Source: Nitrospirota bacterium (GTDB taxonomy: Bacteria; Nitrospirota; UBA9217). From it: a stretch of 64,000 bases of DNA. This document shows positions 19,142 through 29,248 of this stretch, one piece after another. The translations under genes and the position numbers were made by a program. The DNA lies in assembly GCA_963845065.1 (NCBI GenBank), contig CAWJQQ010000009.1, forward strand, positions 1,024,001 to 1,088,000. The letters run 5' to 3'. How positions within the stretch are numbered: position 1 is the first letter of the stretch; every line of letters starts with the position of its first letter. The notes below the pieces were generated by a model. It ran no database searches and was not told the origin of the DNA. It saw nothing but the letters and a program-made list of their open reading frames with translations.

Positions 19142-21569
19142 TCACTGCCTTCTCCAATTTCCTGAGAGGGAGGCAGTGAATGACGAAGTCAACGGAGTTA
19201 AGAAAGTCTTCTGCTGCCACGGCTGCCAGGGAGTGTACCTGCTGATCAACAGCGAAGGACTCGAAGATTTCTACAAACGCCGGAAGGAATGGACTCCCGG
19301 GCCAGTCTCCGCCGCATCGGTTGACCTCGCCGCCTTCACGCCGAATATCCGCTCTGCGGGGAGCGAACTCGAAACCGACATTGTACTGAACGGAATACGA
19401 TGCGCTTCCTGCGTATGGCTCAACGAACGGATACTTATGAAAACTGCCGGTGTAACCTTCGCCCAGGTTAACTACGCCACTCACCGGGCTCGGATCCGCT
19501 GGAACCCTGGGATAACGGCAATCCAGACGATCCTGGCCCGGATTACCTCGATCGGGTATACTCCTAAACCATTCGTTGCAACGGCATTCGACGAGGAGCA
19601 GCGAAAAATGCAGCGGGACATGCTCCTCCGGTTCGGAACGGCCGGATTCCTGTCTATACAGCTCATGATCTTCTCCGTTGCGCTCTACGCTGGCTACTTC
19701 CAGGGCATGGACGCGAAGATAAAAAATATTTTTAACGTTATCTCGCTTCTGTTGACAACGCCGGTGATATTTTACTCGGGATGGCCCTTTCTGACCGGCG
19801 CGGTCCGGGGGCTGCGTAACGCCACTCTTAACATGGATTTCCTCATTGCCGCGGGTGCGGGAGCAGCCTATCTGTACAGTATTTACCAGATGGCCGTTGG
19901 TGGAGAGGTCTATTTCGACACCGCCGTTATGATCATCACCCTGATCCTGCTAGGAAGATACATTGAGTCCGGGGCCAAGCGAAGGGCTTCGGAGGCCATC
20001 ATTCAGATCCTGTCACTTGCCCCCGTGGAAGCGCGAAAACTGGTCCCGAGGGCAGAGGGGAACGATGAAGACGGTAAAGTGTTATCTGCCGAGCGGCGAA
20101 TGGTCTCCGTATCCTCCCTTCGGCCGGGTGATCTTATCGAAGTAATCCCGGGTGAAAAGATTCCCCTCGACGGATTCGTGCGGGAAGGCCAGTCCGAAAT
20201 AGATGAAGCTATGTTGACCGGCGAGTCTTTGCCAGTTGCTAAATACCCCGGCGCGGAAGTATTGAGTGGAACGGTGAATCTGTATGGCCGTTTTGTTTAT
20301 GAAGTAACAAGGATCGGCAATAACACGGTGTTGGCGAGGATCATCAAGGCCGTCGAGGATGCACAGACCAGGCGCGCGCCGGTTCAGGCTTTGGCCGACC
20401 GGGTAGTGTCTGTTTTCGTTCCCATTGTTCTGTTTCTCAGCGTCCTTACAGCGGGATACTGGATTTTCAGAGGGAGTCCGGTTTCCATTGCAGTGATGAA
20501 TTCAGTCTCCGTGCTGGTTATCGCCTGCCCCTGTGCACTCGGGCTAGCAACGCCCCTCGCAATCCTGATTGGAACGACCTATGGTGCTTCCCGGGGGATT
20601 CTGATGAAAGGCGGCGATGTAATTGAGCGGGCGAAAAACATCGATACAGTTGTGTTCGACAAGACCGGGACTATCACCGAAGGAAAACCGTCCCTTGAAG
20701 CATTTCACGGAATCGGCAGAACTGACGCCGAGGCGCTCCGCATTGCTGCATCTCTTGAACGTTTTTCCGAGCATTCAATAGGGAAGGCGATAACGGCTGC
20801 CGAAGGATCCTATGTCTACGAAGAGGTGTCGGCATTTTCCGCATGGCCGGGCAAAGGCATCCGGGGTTTGATTGGTGGAAGAGAGGCTTTTCTCGGTAGC
20901 AGGGAGTTTATCGAGAGCGAAGGGATCGGAAGGAGCCTGAAAGATGGGGAGGTTGCCATTGCCACATCCTGGGAAGCCGGCGGTACCACGGTTGTATACC
21001 TTTCATATGGCGGAGAGGCGGCTGGGATCTTCGCTGTCTCCGATCAGCCCAGAAGCGAGGCCGCCGATACCATGAAGATCCTGAAACGAAGAGGCTTCGA
21101 AATTGTCATGATTACAGGTGACGCTGTCGCGACCGCGGAAGCTGTCGCGAAATCCGTGGGTATCGTAAGGGTCCAGGCGAAACGATCTCCGGTACAGAAG
21201 GCGGAAGAAATCAGGAAGATGCGAACCGCGGGAAAACGCTGTGCCATGATTGGAGATGGTATCAACGATGCGCCTGCACTCGTTGAAGCCGAGGTCGGCA
21301 TCGCCATGGGCAGGGCAACGGATATCGCCCTGGAAAGCGCGGACATGGTACTGATGCGGAGCGACCTGCGCCTCGTGCCCAAAGCCCTTAAGCTGGCAAA
21401 AAAAACTTTATCCATTATCCGGCAAAATCTGTTCTGGGCATTTTTTTACAATGCCGTGGCCATTCCCCTGGCCATAGCTGGCGTGCTTCACCCCATTATG
21501 GCTGCCGGGGCGATGACACTGAGTTCCCTTAGTGTGGTGGGCAATTCATTGCGGGCGAGAGTGCGTTGA
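19128..21569 (+). CDS. ccoI: CcoI/FixI-type copper P1B-ATPase
   Basis: N-terminal CDHC...FCCHGC, CASC HMA domain, TGES, CPC, DKTGT, GDGINDAPAL, YN/MxxSS Cu(I) ligands. Confidence 0.9.
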   Translation: MVKCDHCLLQFPEREAVNDEVNGVKKVFCCHGCQGVYLLINSEGLEDFYKRRKEWTPGPVSAASVDLAAFTPNIRSAGSELETDIVLNGIRCASCVWLNERILMKTAGVTFAQVNYATHRARIRWNPGITAIQTILARITSIGYTPKPFVATAFDEEQRKMQRDMLLRFGTAGFLSIQLMIFSVALYAGYFQGMDAKIKNIFNVISLLLTTPVIFYSGWPFLTGAVRGLRNATLNMDFLIAAGAGAAYLYSIYQMAVGGEVYFDTAVMIITLILLGRYIESGAKRRASEAIIQILSLAPVEARKLVPRAEGNDEDGKVLSAERRMVSVSSLRPGDLIEVIPGEKIPLDGFVREGQSEIDEAMLTGESLPVAKYPGAEVLSGTVNLYGRFVYEVTRIGNNTVLARIIKAVEDAQTRRAPVQALADRVVSVFVPIVLFLSVLTAGYWIFRGSPVSIAVMNSVSVLVIACPCALGLATPLAILIGTTYGASRGILMKGGDVIERAKNIDTVVFDKTGTITEGKPSLEAFHGIGRTDAEALRIAASLERFSEHSIGKAITAAEGSYVYEEVSAFSAWPGKGIRGLIGGREAFLGSREFIESEGIGRSLKDGEVAIATSWEAGGTTVVYLSYGGEAAGIFAVSDQPRSEAADTMKILKRRGFEIVMITGDAVATAEAVAKSVGIVRVQAKRSPVQKAEEIRKMRTAGKRCAMIGDGINDAPALVEAEVGIAMGRATDIALESADMVLMRSDLRLVPKALKLAKKTLSIIRQNLFWAFFYNAVAIPLAIAGVLHPIMAAGAMTLSSLSVVGNSLRARVR

Positions 21570-21640
21570 TGCCAAGCATGTTCATGCTGATTCTCACCTC
21601 TCAGTGCCGGCGTTGCTGCCTGATTACTAAAGTTTCGGTC
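21569..21640 (+). pseudogene. Possible ccoS remnant
   Basis: TGATG overlap with the ATPase stop; MPSMFMLILTS then, in a shifted frame, SAGVAA*LL. This resembles the CcoS N-terminal helix at its usual position. Confidence 0.4.
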
Positions 21641-21766
21641 TCGGTCGGATACAGAGTAGATTGTCTATGAAAAAAGACTATATCAAAACCGAAATCCGGG
21701 AGGTTGTAGCGGCTGGAATATGTTCGCCGTGAGAGCCCGGAAAAGCAATTGAGTTTTGTTATTTTA

Positions 21767-21799
21767 TAACCCCTGGTCTTTAAGCTAGGGGAGGCTCAG
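21767..21799 (+). mobile_element. Orphan IS200/IS605-type right end
   Basis: TAAC-CCCTGGtctttaagCTAGGGG-aggc-TCAG has the same layout as the element end at 31496-31528. Confidence 0.5.
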
Positions 21800-21849
21800 T
21801 CTTGCTTAATGAGGATATTTGAAGTACAATTTCAGAACAGGGATGGAAT

Positions 21850-23577
21850 ATGAATGCGATTACGACACACGAACTGGACATCATTCTCGATTCAACCCAT
21901 GATGGCATGATCGCCATTAACAAATCAGGTATTGTAACGCTCTTTAACAAAGCAGCTGAACGGATTACCGGCCTGAAGGCGGAAACCGTTCTCAATCGTG
22001 CTGCCGTCGAAGTCATCCCGAATACCCGTCTACACGTCGTCCTGCGCGATGGCAAGCCCGAAATAAATAAGGAACAGCGCCTGAACGATGTTGTCATTAT
22101 AACGAACCGCGTGCCGGTAAGAGACGAAGAGGGCGAGATCATCGGAGCTGTGGCAGTTTTCCGCGATATTACGGAGATACGGGCCCTTACGGACAAAGTG
22201 ACCGGCCTCTGGAACGTACAAAGCCTTCTCGAAGCTGTGATCGAATCCACGGCAGACGCCATCTCTGTGGCTGATGAGCATGGAAACAACAAGATCGTAA
22301 ATCCTGCGTATACGCGCCTCACCGGACTCACCAAGGAAGCCGTGCTGAATAAGCCCGTGACCGTGGACATTGCTGAAGGTGAGAGCATGCACTTGAAAGT
22401 GCTGCGAAGCGGCCAACCCGTTCGCAACGTCCGGATGAAAGTGGGGCCCGCTAAAAAAGAAGTTATCGTCAACGTTGCCCCCATATTCATCGACGGCCAG
22501 ATCAAGGGAAGCGTCGGAGTGATTCATGACATTTCCGAGATCATGGGACTGAATGAGGAATTGGCCCAGGCGCGGAAGCTGATCCGTCACCTCAAGGCAC
22601 GTTATACCTGGGGCGACATCATCGGTACGAGCCCTGCCATGGTGGCCGCAAAAGATCAGGCACGAAGGGCCGCTGAGACGCCGGCCACAGTGTTGTTGCG
22701 AGGCGAGAGCGGGACCGGCAAAGAGCTCTTTGCCCATGCAATCCACAATGCGAGCACGCGACAGCAAGGGCAGTTCGTCCGGGTCAATTGTGCGGCGCTT
22801 TCCGAGAACCTGCTTGAGAGCGAACTGTTCGGATACGTTGAAGGGGCCTTTACCGGCGCTTTAAAAAGAGGCAAGAAGGGCCTCTTTGAGGAGGCGAGCG
22901 GCGGCACCATCTTTCTTGACGAAATCGGAGAAATCAGCCTCTCGCTCCAACGCAAATTACTTCGGGTGTTGCAAGAGCGTGAGATCGTTCGCGTCGGCAG
23001 TACAGTGCCTTTCTCTGTCGACGTCAGAGTGATCGCTGCGACCAATGCGAACCTTGAACAAAAAGTGAAGGACGGCACATTCAAAGGCGACCTTTACTAC
23101 CGCCTGAACGTCCTGCCCATCGCCATCCCGCCGCTCCGAACGCGCGAGGAGGATGTCCCGCGGCTTGTCGAACATATCATTGTCCGTCTGAACCAGGAAT
23201 TCGGAAGGCAAGTTATGGGTATGGCGCCCGAAGCCGTTGCAGAATTGATGAAATATCCATGGCCCGGCAATGTCAGGGAACTTGAGAACGTCCTTGGCAG
23301 GGCAATGATAAACATGCGGCCCCAGGAGAGAGTGATCGACACACAGCATCTGCCGCTATTGGCGTGTGAAAAAATAAATGAGGCGTTCCTTGCCCTGGAG
23401 CAAACATCGGTCGTGCGCCCTCTCGCGGACATTGTCGCCGATGCGGAACGCGCTGCGATCACGCGAGCTCTTACGGAGACAGGAGGAAATCGGGAGAAGG
23501 CTGCTAAGCTTCTGAACGTTGCACTGAGAAATTTCTATTACAAAATCAAGAGGTACCGTATTGTGACAACCAAGTGA
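21850..23577 (+). CDS. sigma54-dependent activator with two PAS domains (PrpR/BkdR-like role)
   Basis: Two PAS domains, GESGTGKE, GAFTGA, FLDEIGE, WPGNVRELEN, Fis-type HTH. Confidence 0.93.
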   Translation: MNAITTHELDIILDSTHDGMIAINKSGIVTLFNKAAERITGLKAETVLNRAAVEVIPNTRLHVVLRDGKPEINKEQRLNDVVIITNRVPVRDEEGEIIGAVAVFRDITEIRALTDKVTGLWNVQSLLEAVIESTADAISVADEHGNNKIVNPAYTRLTGLTKEAVLNKPVTVDIAEGESMHLKVLRSGQPVRNVRMKVGPAKKEVIVNVAPIFIDGQIKGSVGVIHDISEIMGLNEELAQARKLIRHLKARYTWGDIIGTSPAMVAAKDQARRAAETPATVLLRGESGTGKELFAHAIHNASTRQQGQFVRVNCAALSENLLESELFGYVEGAFTGALKRGKKGLFEEASGGTIFLDEIGEISLSLQRKLLRVLQEREIVRVGSTVPFSVDVRVIAATNANLEQKVKDGTFKGDLYYRLNVLPIAIPPLRTREEDVPRLVEHIIVRLNQEFGRQVMGMAPEAVAELMKYPWPGNVRELENVLGRAMINMRPQERVIDTQHLPLLACEKINEAFLALEQTSVVRPLADIVADAERAAITRALTETGGNREKAAKLLNVALRNFYYKIKRYRIVTTK

Positions 23578-23625
23578 TGCAGCATCATGCCTGCATTATT
23601 TTTCAAATACTGCATATTATTGCGC
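23578..23625. promoter_or_regulatory. Candidate upstream activator sites (TGCA-N6-TGCA-like, three copies)
   Basis: TGCAGCATCATGCC, TGCATTATTTTTTC and TGCATATTATTGCG, 110-155 bp upstream of the sigma54 promoter. Confidence 0.45.
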
Positions 23626-23732
23626 TATAACATGTTTGCATATAGCTCAAATATATGCCTTCATCTGTTTTATCTTGTTTAAATTAATATAGTTACATAA
23701 ATTTCATAACATAACTTGAATCACTTTAATAT

Positions 23733-23748
23733 TGGCGCAGGTTTTGCT
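23733..23748 (+). promoter_or_regulatory. sigma54 (-24/-12) promoter of the prpB operon
   Basis: TGGCGCAGGTTTTGCT = GG-N10-GC, directly downstream of the activator gene. Confidence 0.8.
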
Positions 23749-23809
23749 CTTATAGTATTCATATGTGATTGAAGTGGAGCTCTCTAATCGCTCCGAGAAA
23801 GATTACCTC

Positions 23810-24718
23810 ATGACAAGACCGATCTCTCCGGGTGCCCGTTTCCGGGCTGCTGTGCGCGAAGAAAAGCCGCTCCAGGTCGTAGGCGCGATCAATGCTTATG
23901 CGGCGCGTCTGGCTGAGCGCTCGGGTTTCAAGGCTCTGTATGTTTCGGGAGGCGGCGTTGCCTCCGGGTCGTTGGGAGTTCCCGACCTCGGCATCACCAC
24001 GATGGAAGATGTGCTGACCGACGTCCGCCGCATCACCGATACTACCAATCTGCCGGTTCTGGTTGACATCGATACAGGATGGGGAGGCGCGTTCAATATC
24101 GCCCGCACGATCAGGTCCATGATCAAGCTCGGAGCGGCGGCAGTGCATATCGAGGACCAGGTCCAGGCCAAGCAGTGCGGCCATCGTCCCGGCAAGGCCA
24201 TTGTCAGCGAGGATGAGATGGTGGACCGGATCAAGGCCGCCGTTGATGCAAAGACCGATTCAGACTTCGTCATCATGGCACGGACCGATGCCCTTGCCGT
24301 CGAGGGGCTTGACGCCGCGATAGACCGGGCTTGCGCCTGCGTTGAGGCCGGCGCAGACATGATCTTTCCCGAGGCGATCGCCGATCTTTCCATGTATAAG
24401 AAATTCGCCAAGGCCGTAAAGGTCCCGATCCTCGCCAATATCACCGAGTTCGGCTCCACTCCCCTCTATACCGTGGAAGAACTGCGCGGCGCCGACGTTT
24501 CCCTCATCCTCTACCCTCTTTCCGCGTTCAGAGCGATGAGCAAGGCAGCACTTATGGTCTATGGCACGATCCGCAAGGAGGAATCCCAGAAGAATGTGAT
24601 CAGCCTGATGCAGACCCGTGCGGAACTCTATGATTATCTTGACTACCATGCTTTCGAGCAGAAGCTTGATGCGATCTTTTCAAAGGAGGAACAATCACGA
24701 GCGCAGAGACAGAGGTAA
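23810..24718 (+). CDS. prpB: 2-methylisocitrate lyase
   Basis: [39 protein letters not shown]. Likely start ATG 23810. Confidence 0.92.
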   Translation: MTRPISPGARFRAAVREEKPLQVVGAINAYAARLAERSGFKALYVSGGGVASGSLGVPDLGITTMEDVLTDVRRITDTTNLPVLVDIDTGWGGAFNIARTIRSMIKLGAAAVHIEDQVQAKQCGHRPGKAIVSEDEMVDRIKAAVDAKTDSDFVIMARTDALAVEGLDAAIDRACACVEAGADMIFPEAIADLSMYKKFAKAVKVPILANITEFGSTPLYTVEELRGADVSLILYPLSAFRAMSKAALMVYGTIRKEESQKNVISLMQTRAELYDYLDYHAFEQKLDAIFSKEEQSRAQRQR

Positions 24719-24920
24719 TATCGACCAAAGTAAAGAAATCAGTCGCACTTTCCGGCGTTATGGCAGGCAACACCGCTGTATGCACTGTGGAGCGTACCGG
24801 GAACGACCTTCATTACCGGGGCTATGACATCGTTGAGCTCGCACGGCAGTCAACGTTTGAAGAAGTCGCCTTTCTGCTCATCCACGGCGGCCTGCCGTCC
24901 GAGCCGGACCTGAAGGTATT
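24697..24920 (+). pseudogene. prpC: Truncated 2-methylcitrate synthase, start codon mutated to ACG
   Basis: [33 protein letters not shown]...[11 protein letters not shown] matches the PrpC N-terminus. Only ~70 codons remain; AAAGGAGG SD precedes the ACG. Confidence 0.88.
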
Positions 24921-24937
24921 TCTTCCAAGGAGATACT

Positions 24938-26488
24938 ATGAAGATCGATGACCAACTGGAACATCTGAGAAAACTCAGGGAAGAAGCCCGTTTGGGCGGT
25001 GGCCAACAAAGAATCGATAAACATCATGAAAAAGGCCTTATAACCGCCAGGGAGCGTATTGATCTGCTTTTAGACAAGGGCTCTTTCGAGGAATTCGATA
25101 TGTTCAAGACCCATAGATGCAGGGATTTCGGCATGGATAAGCAGGTCTTCCTGGGAGACGGTGTAGTAACCGGGCACGGTACTGTCGATGGCCGTACTGT
25201 CTATGTTTTTGCCCAGGATTTTACCGTACTCGGTGGCTCCCTGTCAGAAACCTTTGCGGAAAAAATCTGTAAGATAATGGATCTTGCCATGAAAAACGGC
25301 GCTCCGGTAGTCGGATTGAATGATTCCGGGGGGGCGCGTATTCAGGAAGGAATTGAGAGCCTCGCGGGCTATTCGGAGATATTCCAACGCAATGTCATGG
25401 CCTCGGGGGTAGTGCCCCAGATCTCGGCGATTTTTGGTCCTTGTGCCGGTGGAGCGGTATATTCGCCCGCCCTCACCGATTTTGTCATCATGGTCCAGAA
25501 ACAATCGTATATGTTTCTCACCGGCCCGAAAGTCGTCAAATCAGTGACCCACGAAAATGTCAGCGAAGAAACTTTAGGCGGGGCAGCGATGCATGCCAGT
25601 CGCAGCGGAGTTGTTGATTATCCTGCTAGGTCAGGTGCCGATGCCATCGCCTATGTTCGCCGACTGCTTTCGTTTTTGCCCCAGAATAATATGGAAAATC
25701 CTCCCCTTGTGCCTTGCACCGATCCGCCTGATCGGGAGGTTGTCGCACTCAACCAGATTATTCCTGAAAATCCCAATGCTGCCTACGATATGAAAGATGT
25801 CATCCTTCAAACAGTAGATAACAATGATTTTTTTGAGGTTAAGGAAAACTTCGCACCGAATCTCTTAGTCGGGTTTGCCAGGTATAACGGGATGACTGTC
25901 GGTATAGTTGCCAACCAGCCGGCCCATCTCTCCGGTGTCCTCGATATCGACTCCTCAATAAAGGGTGCTCGTTTTGTCAGGTTCTGCGATTGTTTCAATA
26001 TTCCGGTTGTTACCTTTGTCGACGTTCCTGGCTTCTTGCCGGGAACTGCTCAGGAGTTTGGCGGAGTAATACGTAACGGTGCTAAAATTCTCTATGCATT
26101 TGCCGAGGCGACCATTCCCAAGGTAACTGTCATTACAAGAAAAGCGTATGGCGGAGCCTATTGCGTCATGTCCTCCAAACATTTACGCGGCGACATTAAC
26201 TATGCCTGGCCCACCGCTGAAATTGCAGTGATGGGGGCAAGAGGTGCTGTTGGAGTTTTGTATGGCAAGGATGCCCAAAAAGCTCCGGATCCAAGCGCAT
26301 TTTTGGCAGAAAAGGAGAAGGAGTACCAGGATGCTGTTGCCAATCCCTACGTAGCAGCCCAACGCGGTTACGTCGATGATATTATCGAACCGTCGAAAAC
26401 CAGGGCAAGAATAATCATGTCGCTGGGGCTGCTCCAGAATAAACGCGATTCAAATCCGATGAAAAAGCACGGTAATATACCACTATAA
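24938..26488 (+). CDS. Acyl-CoA carboxyltransferase (transcarboxylase 12S / MmdA / PccB family)
   Basis: [45 protein letters not shown]. Confidence 0.93.
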   Translation: MKIDDQLEHLRKLREEARLGGGQQRIDKHHEKGLITARERIDLLLDKGSFEEFDMFKTHRCRDFGMDKQVFLGDGVVTGHGTVDGRTVYVFAQDFTVLGGSLSETFAEKICKIMDLAMKNGAPVVGLNDSGGARIQEGIESLAGYSEIFQRNVMASGVVPQISAIFGPCAGGAVYSPALTDFVIMVQKQSYMFLTGPKVVKSVTHENVSEETLGGAAMHASRSGVVDYPARSGADAIAYVRRLLSFLPQNNMENPPLVPCTDPPDREVVALNQIIPENPNAAYDMKDVILQTVDNNDFFEVKENFAPNLLVGFARYNGMTVGIVANQPAHLSGVLDIDSSIKGARFVRFCDCFNIPVVTFVDVPGFLPGTAQEFGGVIRNGAKILYAFAEATIPKVTVITRKAYGGAYCVMSSKHLRGDINYAWPTAEIAVMGARGAVGVLYGKDAQKAPDPSAFLAEKEKEYQDAVANPYVAAQRGYVDDIIEPSKTRARIIMSLGLLQNKRDSNPMKKHGNIPL

Positions 26489-26526
26489 CATTCGCAAACA
26501 CGTCTCAGTATCTTAAGGAGATCCTC

Positions 26527-26814
26527 ATGACAGTGAAGATTTTTATTAAACGAAAGTTGCAGGATAATAATGTCGTTCAACTGACACTCCTCCTTAATAA
26601 GTTGCGGGCTCTCGCTGTCAGTCAACCCGGCTATATCTCAGGAGAAACCTTTAATAGAATAGACAAAAAAGATGAGTGCATGGTGATTGGTACCTGGCGT
26701 TCCTTGGAAGACTGGAACAATTGGGTAAACAATCCTCTACGCATCGCAGTTCAGGCGGAGATAGATAGACTGCTTGGCGAGGAAACAGAATACGCCATAT
26801 ATGGATACTCATAG
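26527..26814 (+). CDS. ABM/Dabb-family small protein
   Basis: QPGYISGET...TWRSLEDW pattern; AAGGAG SD. Confidence 0.8.
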   Translation: MTVKIFIKRKLQDNNVVQLTLLLNKLRALAVSQPGYISGETFNRIDKKDECMVIGTWRSLEDWNNWVNNPLRIAVQAEIDRLLGEETEYAIYGYS

Positions 26815-26897
26815 TGGTCTTAAAGACAATGATTCGGGATTTTTATGCTGCCCATGGTGCTGTTTTTGGGTACCGGGCTGTGTAGTTAATACAAAAT

Positions 26898-27116
26898 ATG
26901 GGTGATGTGATGACAGGTCAAAGAAAGAAAATGGCTGCCGCCTTGGCTGCCGTGAGTCTCTATCTTCAACAGGAGGAAGCTATGGCGGCGCTAGCGCAGC
27001 CAGCACCTCTCAAGAAACCTCAGAGTTTCGAGTTCAGCCAGTGGGGACAGAGTGGGCGGCAGGAGATGATGGCCATGCGGAAGTTAATCCAGCTGAGGGC
27101 GTTTACGCGTTTTTAA
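26898..27116 (+). CDS. Small putative carboxylase accessory subunit
   Basis: AAALAAVSLYL, Ala/Pro linker, W..SGR; lies between the carboxyltransferase and the 5S-like gene. Confidence 0.6.
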   Translation: MGDVMTGQRKKMAAALAAVSLYLQQEEAMAALAQPAPLKKPQSFEFSQWGQSGRQEMMAMRKLIQLRAFTRF

Positions 27117-27158
27117 TAGCATCAATTGTTAATGATGAGGAAAGAGGAGACACATACA

Positions 27159-29126
27159 ATGAGCGATCAAGTGAAGATGACCCCGTTGAACTATTCCGCA
27201 GACCGGACAAAGGCGATGAATCCTGTTAAGATAATGGATCTGTCCCTGCGTGATGGCCATCAGTCCCTTTTCGCCACCCGTGGGCGTACAGAGGATATGA
27301 TTCCGGTAGCTGAACTGATGGATGAAGTCGGGTTCTGGGCGATTGAAACTTGGGGTGGAGCCACCTTCGATACCATGCACCGGTTTCTCAACGAAGATCC
27401 TTGGGAACGTTTGCGCATTTTGAAGCGCTATATTAAAAAGACCCCTTTCTCTATGCTGCTGCGGGCGCAGAACCTGGTCGGTTATCGAAATTACGCTGAC
27501 GACCTGGCCGTTGCTTTTGTTGAGCGCGCGGCGGAAAACGGTATGGATATTTTCAGGACCTTCGATGCCCTAAACGATTATCGCAATTTCGAGACGGTGG
27601 TCAAACAGATAAAAAAGAGTGGCAGACATTTTCAAGGCTGCATCTGTTACACCCTCACCGAGCCGCGGCTTGGCGGAGAAGTCTACAATCTTGAATATTA
27701 TACCGAGAGAGCAAAATCCCTGGAGTTGATGGGGGCGGATTCCATCTGTATCAAGGATATGGCTGGGCTGTTGGCTCCCTATGATGCCTATCCACTCATT
27801 AAGGCCCTGAAAAAAGGAGTCAAAGTACCCATTCATCTGCACAGCCATTTTACCTCAGGCATGTCGCCAATGACGCACCTCAAGGCCATTGAAGCAGGAG
27901 TGGACATTATCGATACCTGTATGACACCATATGCTTACCGGACTTCGCATGCTGCTGTTGAGCCTTTGGTTATGGCCCTTTTGGGGACAAATCGCGATAC
28001 CGGCTTTGATATTAAAAAATTAGCAGAAATTAATGATATATTGGAAAAAGAGGTGATGCCGAAATATAAGCACCTCCTCGATGACTCGAAGGTTTCGATT
28101 ATCGATATCAATGTCTTGCTGCATCAGACTCCGGGCGGCATGTTGTCGAACCTGGTTAATCAATTACGGGAAATGGATGCCCTGGATAAAATTGATGAGG
28201 TGTACATGGAACTGCCGCGAGTGCGCAAAGACCTCGGCCAGGTCCCCCTTGTTACCCCGACCAGCCAGATAGTTGGTGTGCAGACCGTCAACAATGTTCT
28301 GCATGACACTCCCGGCGAACGTTACAGGATGATCACCGGGCAGGTGAAGGATCTCTGCTTCGGATTGTACGGCAAGACCGCTGTGCCTATTAATCCTGAA
28401 TTGCAGGCAAAGGCCCTGAAAGGCTACCCCCGTGGAGAAAAGCCGATCACCTGTCGTCCGGCAGAAGTTCTCGAGCCGGAACTGACCAAGGCGAAAGCCG
28501 AGATTGGTGATTTGGCAGCAGATATGGATGACCTCATCCTTTATGCCATGTTTCCAGTCACCGGCAAGAAATTTCTTGAGTGGAAGTATGGCAAAGCGGA
28601 GCCTCCAGCCAGTGTGAAGCCGATCACCATAGAGGATGTTAAGAAAAGAGATGAACTTGTGAAAAAGGCCTTGGCTGGTAAACTCGTTGAGGTGAAAAAG
28701 GTTGAAAAACCGCCGAAGTCACAGGCAGTCAGGACCTTCAACGTTTTTGTTGATGAAGAATTTTTTGCAGTCGAGGTTGATCCTGTGGGCAACACACATC
28801 TTGTGGCGGTTCCCCAACCAATCGCCGCTGCTGCAGCACCGCCTCCGGTCGCGGCTGCTCCTATGAAGGGCCCGGTTCCCGCACCTGCCCCGGAACCTGC
28901 ACTCCAAGTAGACGAAACAGCCCTACTTGCGCCGATGCCCGGGATGATCATCAAGTATATGGTAAAAGCCGGAGATGCTGTAAAGCAAGGTGATACAATT
29001 GTTGTCCTTGAAGCCATGAAGATGGAAAACGCCCTTGCCGCCCCCTGTGATGGGAAGGTTCAAGGTATCAAGTTTGCCAGTGGCGACACGGTTGCAAAAG
29101 GCGCCGTTCTCTGTGTTATCGGATAA
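27159..29126 (+). CDS. Pyruvate/oxaloacetate carboxyltransferase fused to a biotin carrier (PycB/OadA/transcarboxylase 5S+1.3S)
   Basis: RDGHQSL, WGGATFD, IKDMAG, HLHSH, PGGM.SN, LVTPTSQIVG, Ala/Pro linker, EAMKM; GAGGAG SD before ATG 27159. Confidence 0.93.
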   Translation: MSDQVKMTPLNYSADRTKAMNPVKIMDLSLRDGHQSLFATRGRTEDMIPVAELMDEVGFWAIETWGGATFDTMHRFLNEDPWERLRILKRYIKKTPFSMLLRAQNLVGYRNYADDLAVAFVERAAENGMDIFRTFDALNDYRNFETVVKQIKKSGRHFQGCICYTLTEPRLGGEVYNLEYYTERAKSLELMGADSICIKDMAGLLAPYDAYPLIKALKKGVKVPIHLHSHFTSGMSPMTHLKAIEAGVDIIDTCMTPYAYRTSHAAVEPLVMALLGTNRDTGFDIKKLAEINDILEKEVMPKYKHLLDDSKVSIIDINVLLHQTPGGMLSNLVNQLREMDALDKIDEVYMELPRVRKDLGQVPLVTPTSQIVGVQTVNNVLHDTPGERYRMITGQVKDLCFGLYGKTAVPINPELQAKALKGYPRGEKPITCRPAEVLEPELTKAKAEIGDLAADMDDLILYAMFPVTGKKFLEWKYGKAEPPASVKPITIEDVKKRDELVKKALAGKLVEVKKVEKPPKSQAVRTFNVFVDEEFFAVEVDPVGNTHLVAVPQPIAAAAAPPPVAAAPMKGPVPAPAPEPALQVDETALLAPMPGMIIKYMVKAGDAVKQGDTIVVLEAMKMENALAAPCDGKVQGIKFASGDTVAKGAVLCVIG

Positions 29127-29248
29127 ATCTGCAAGGGGTACAGGATCTTTTCTTTGAAGAGCCATGTGCCCAGACTTTAATCCTTGCTTGTCCTGGGGTT
29201 GTTCGTGGTTGTAAAATCGGGCCTGTTTTTGAACCTTGGTGAGTTTCT

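Noticed and set aside
24938..29126. Na+-pumping methylmalonyl-CoA or oxaloacetate decarboxylase
   Set aside because: No membrane beta subunit is encoded in the window.
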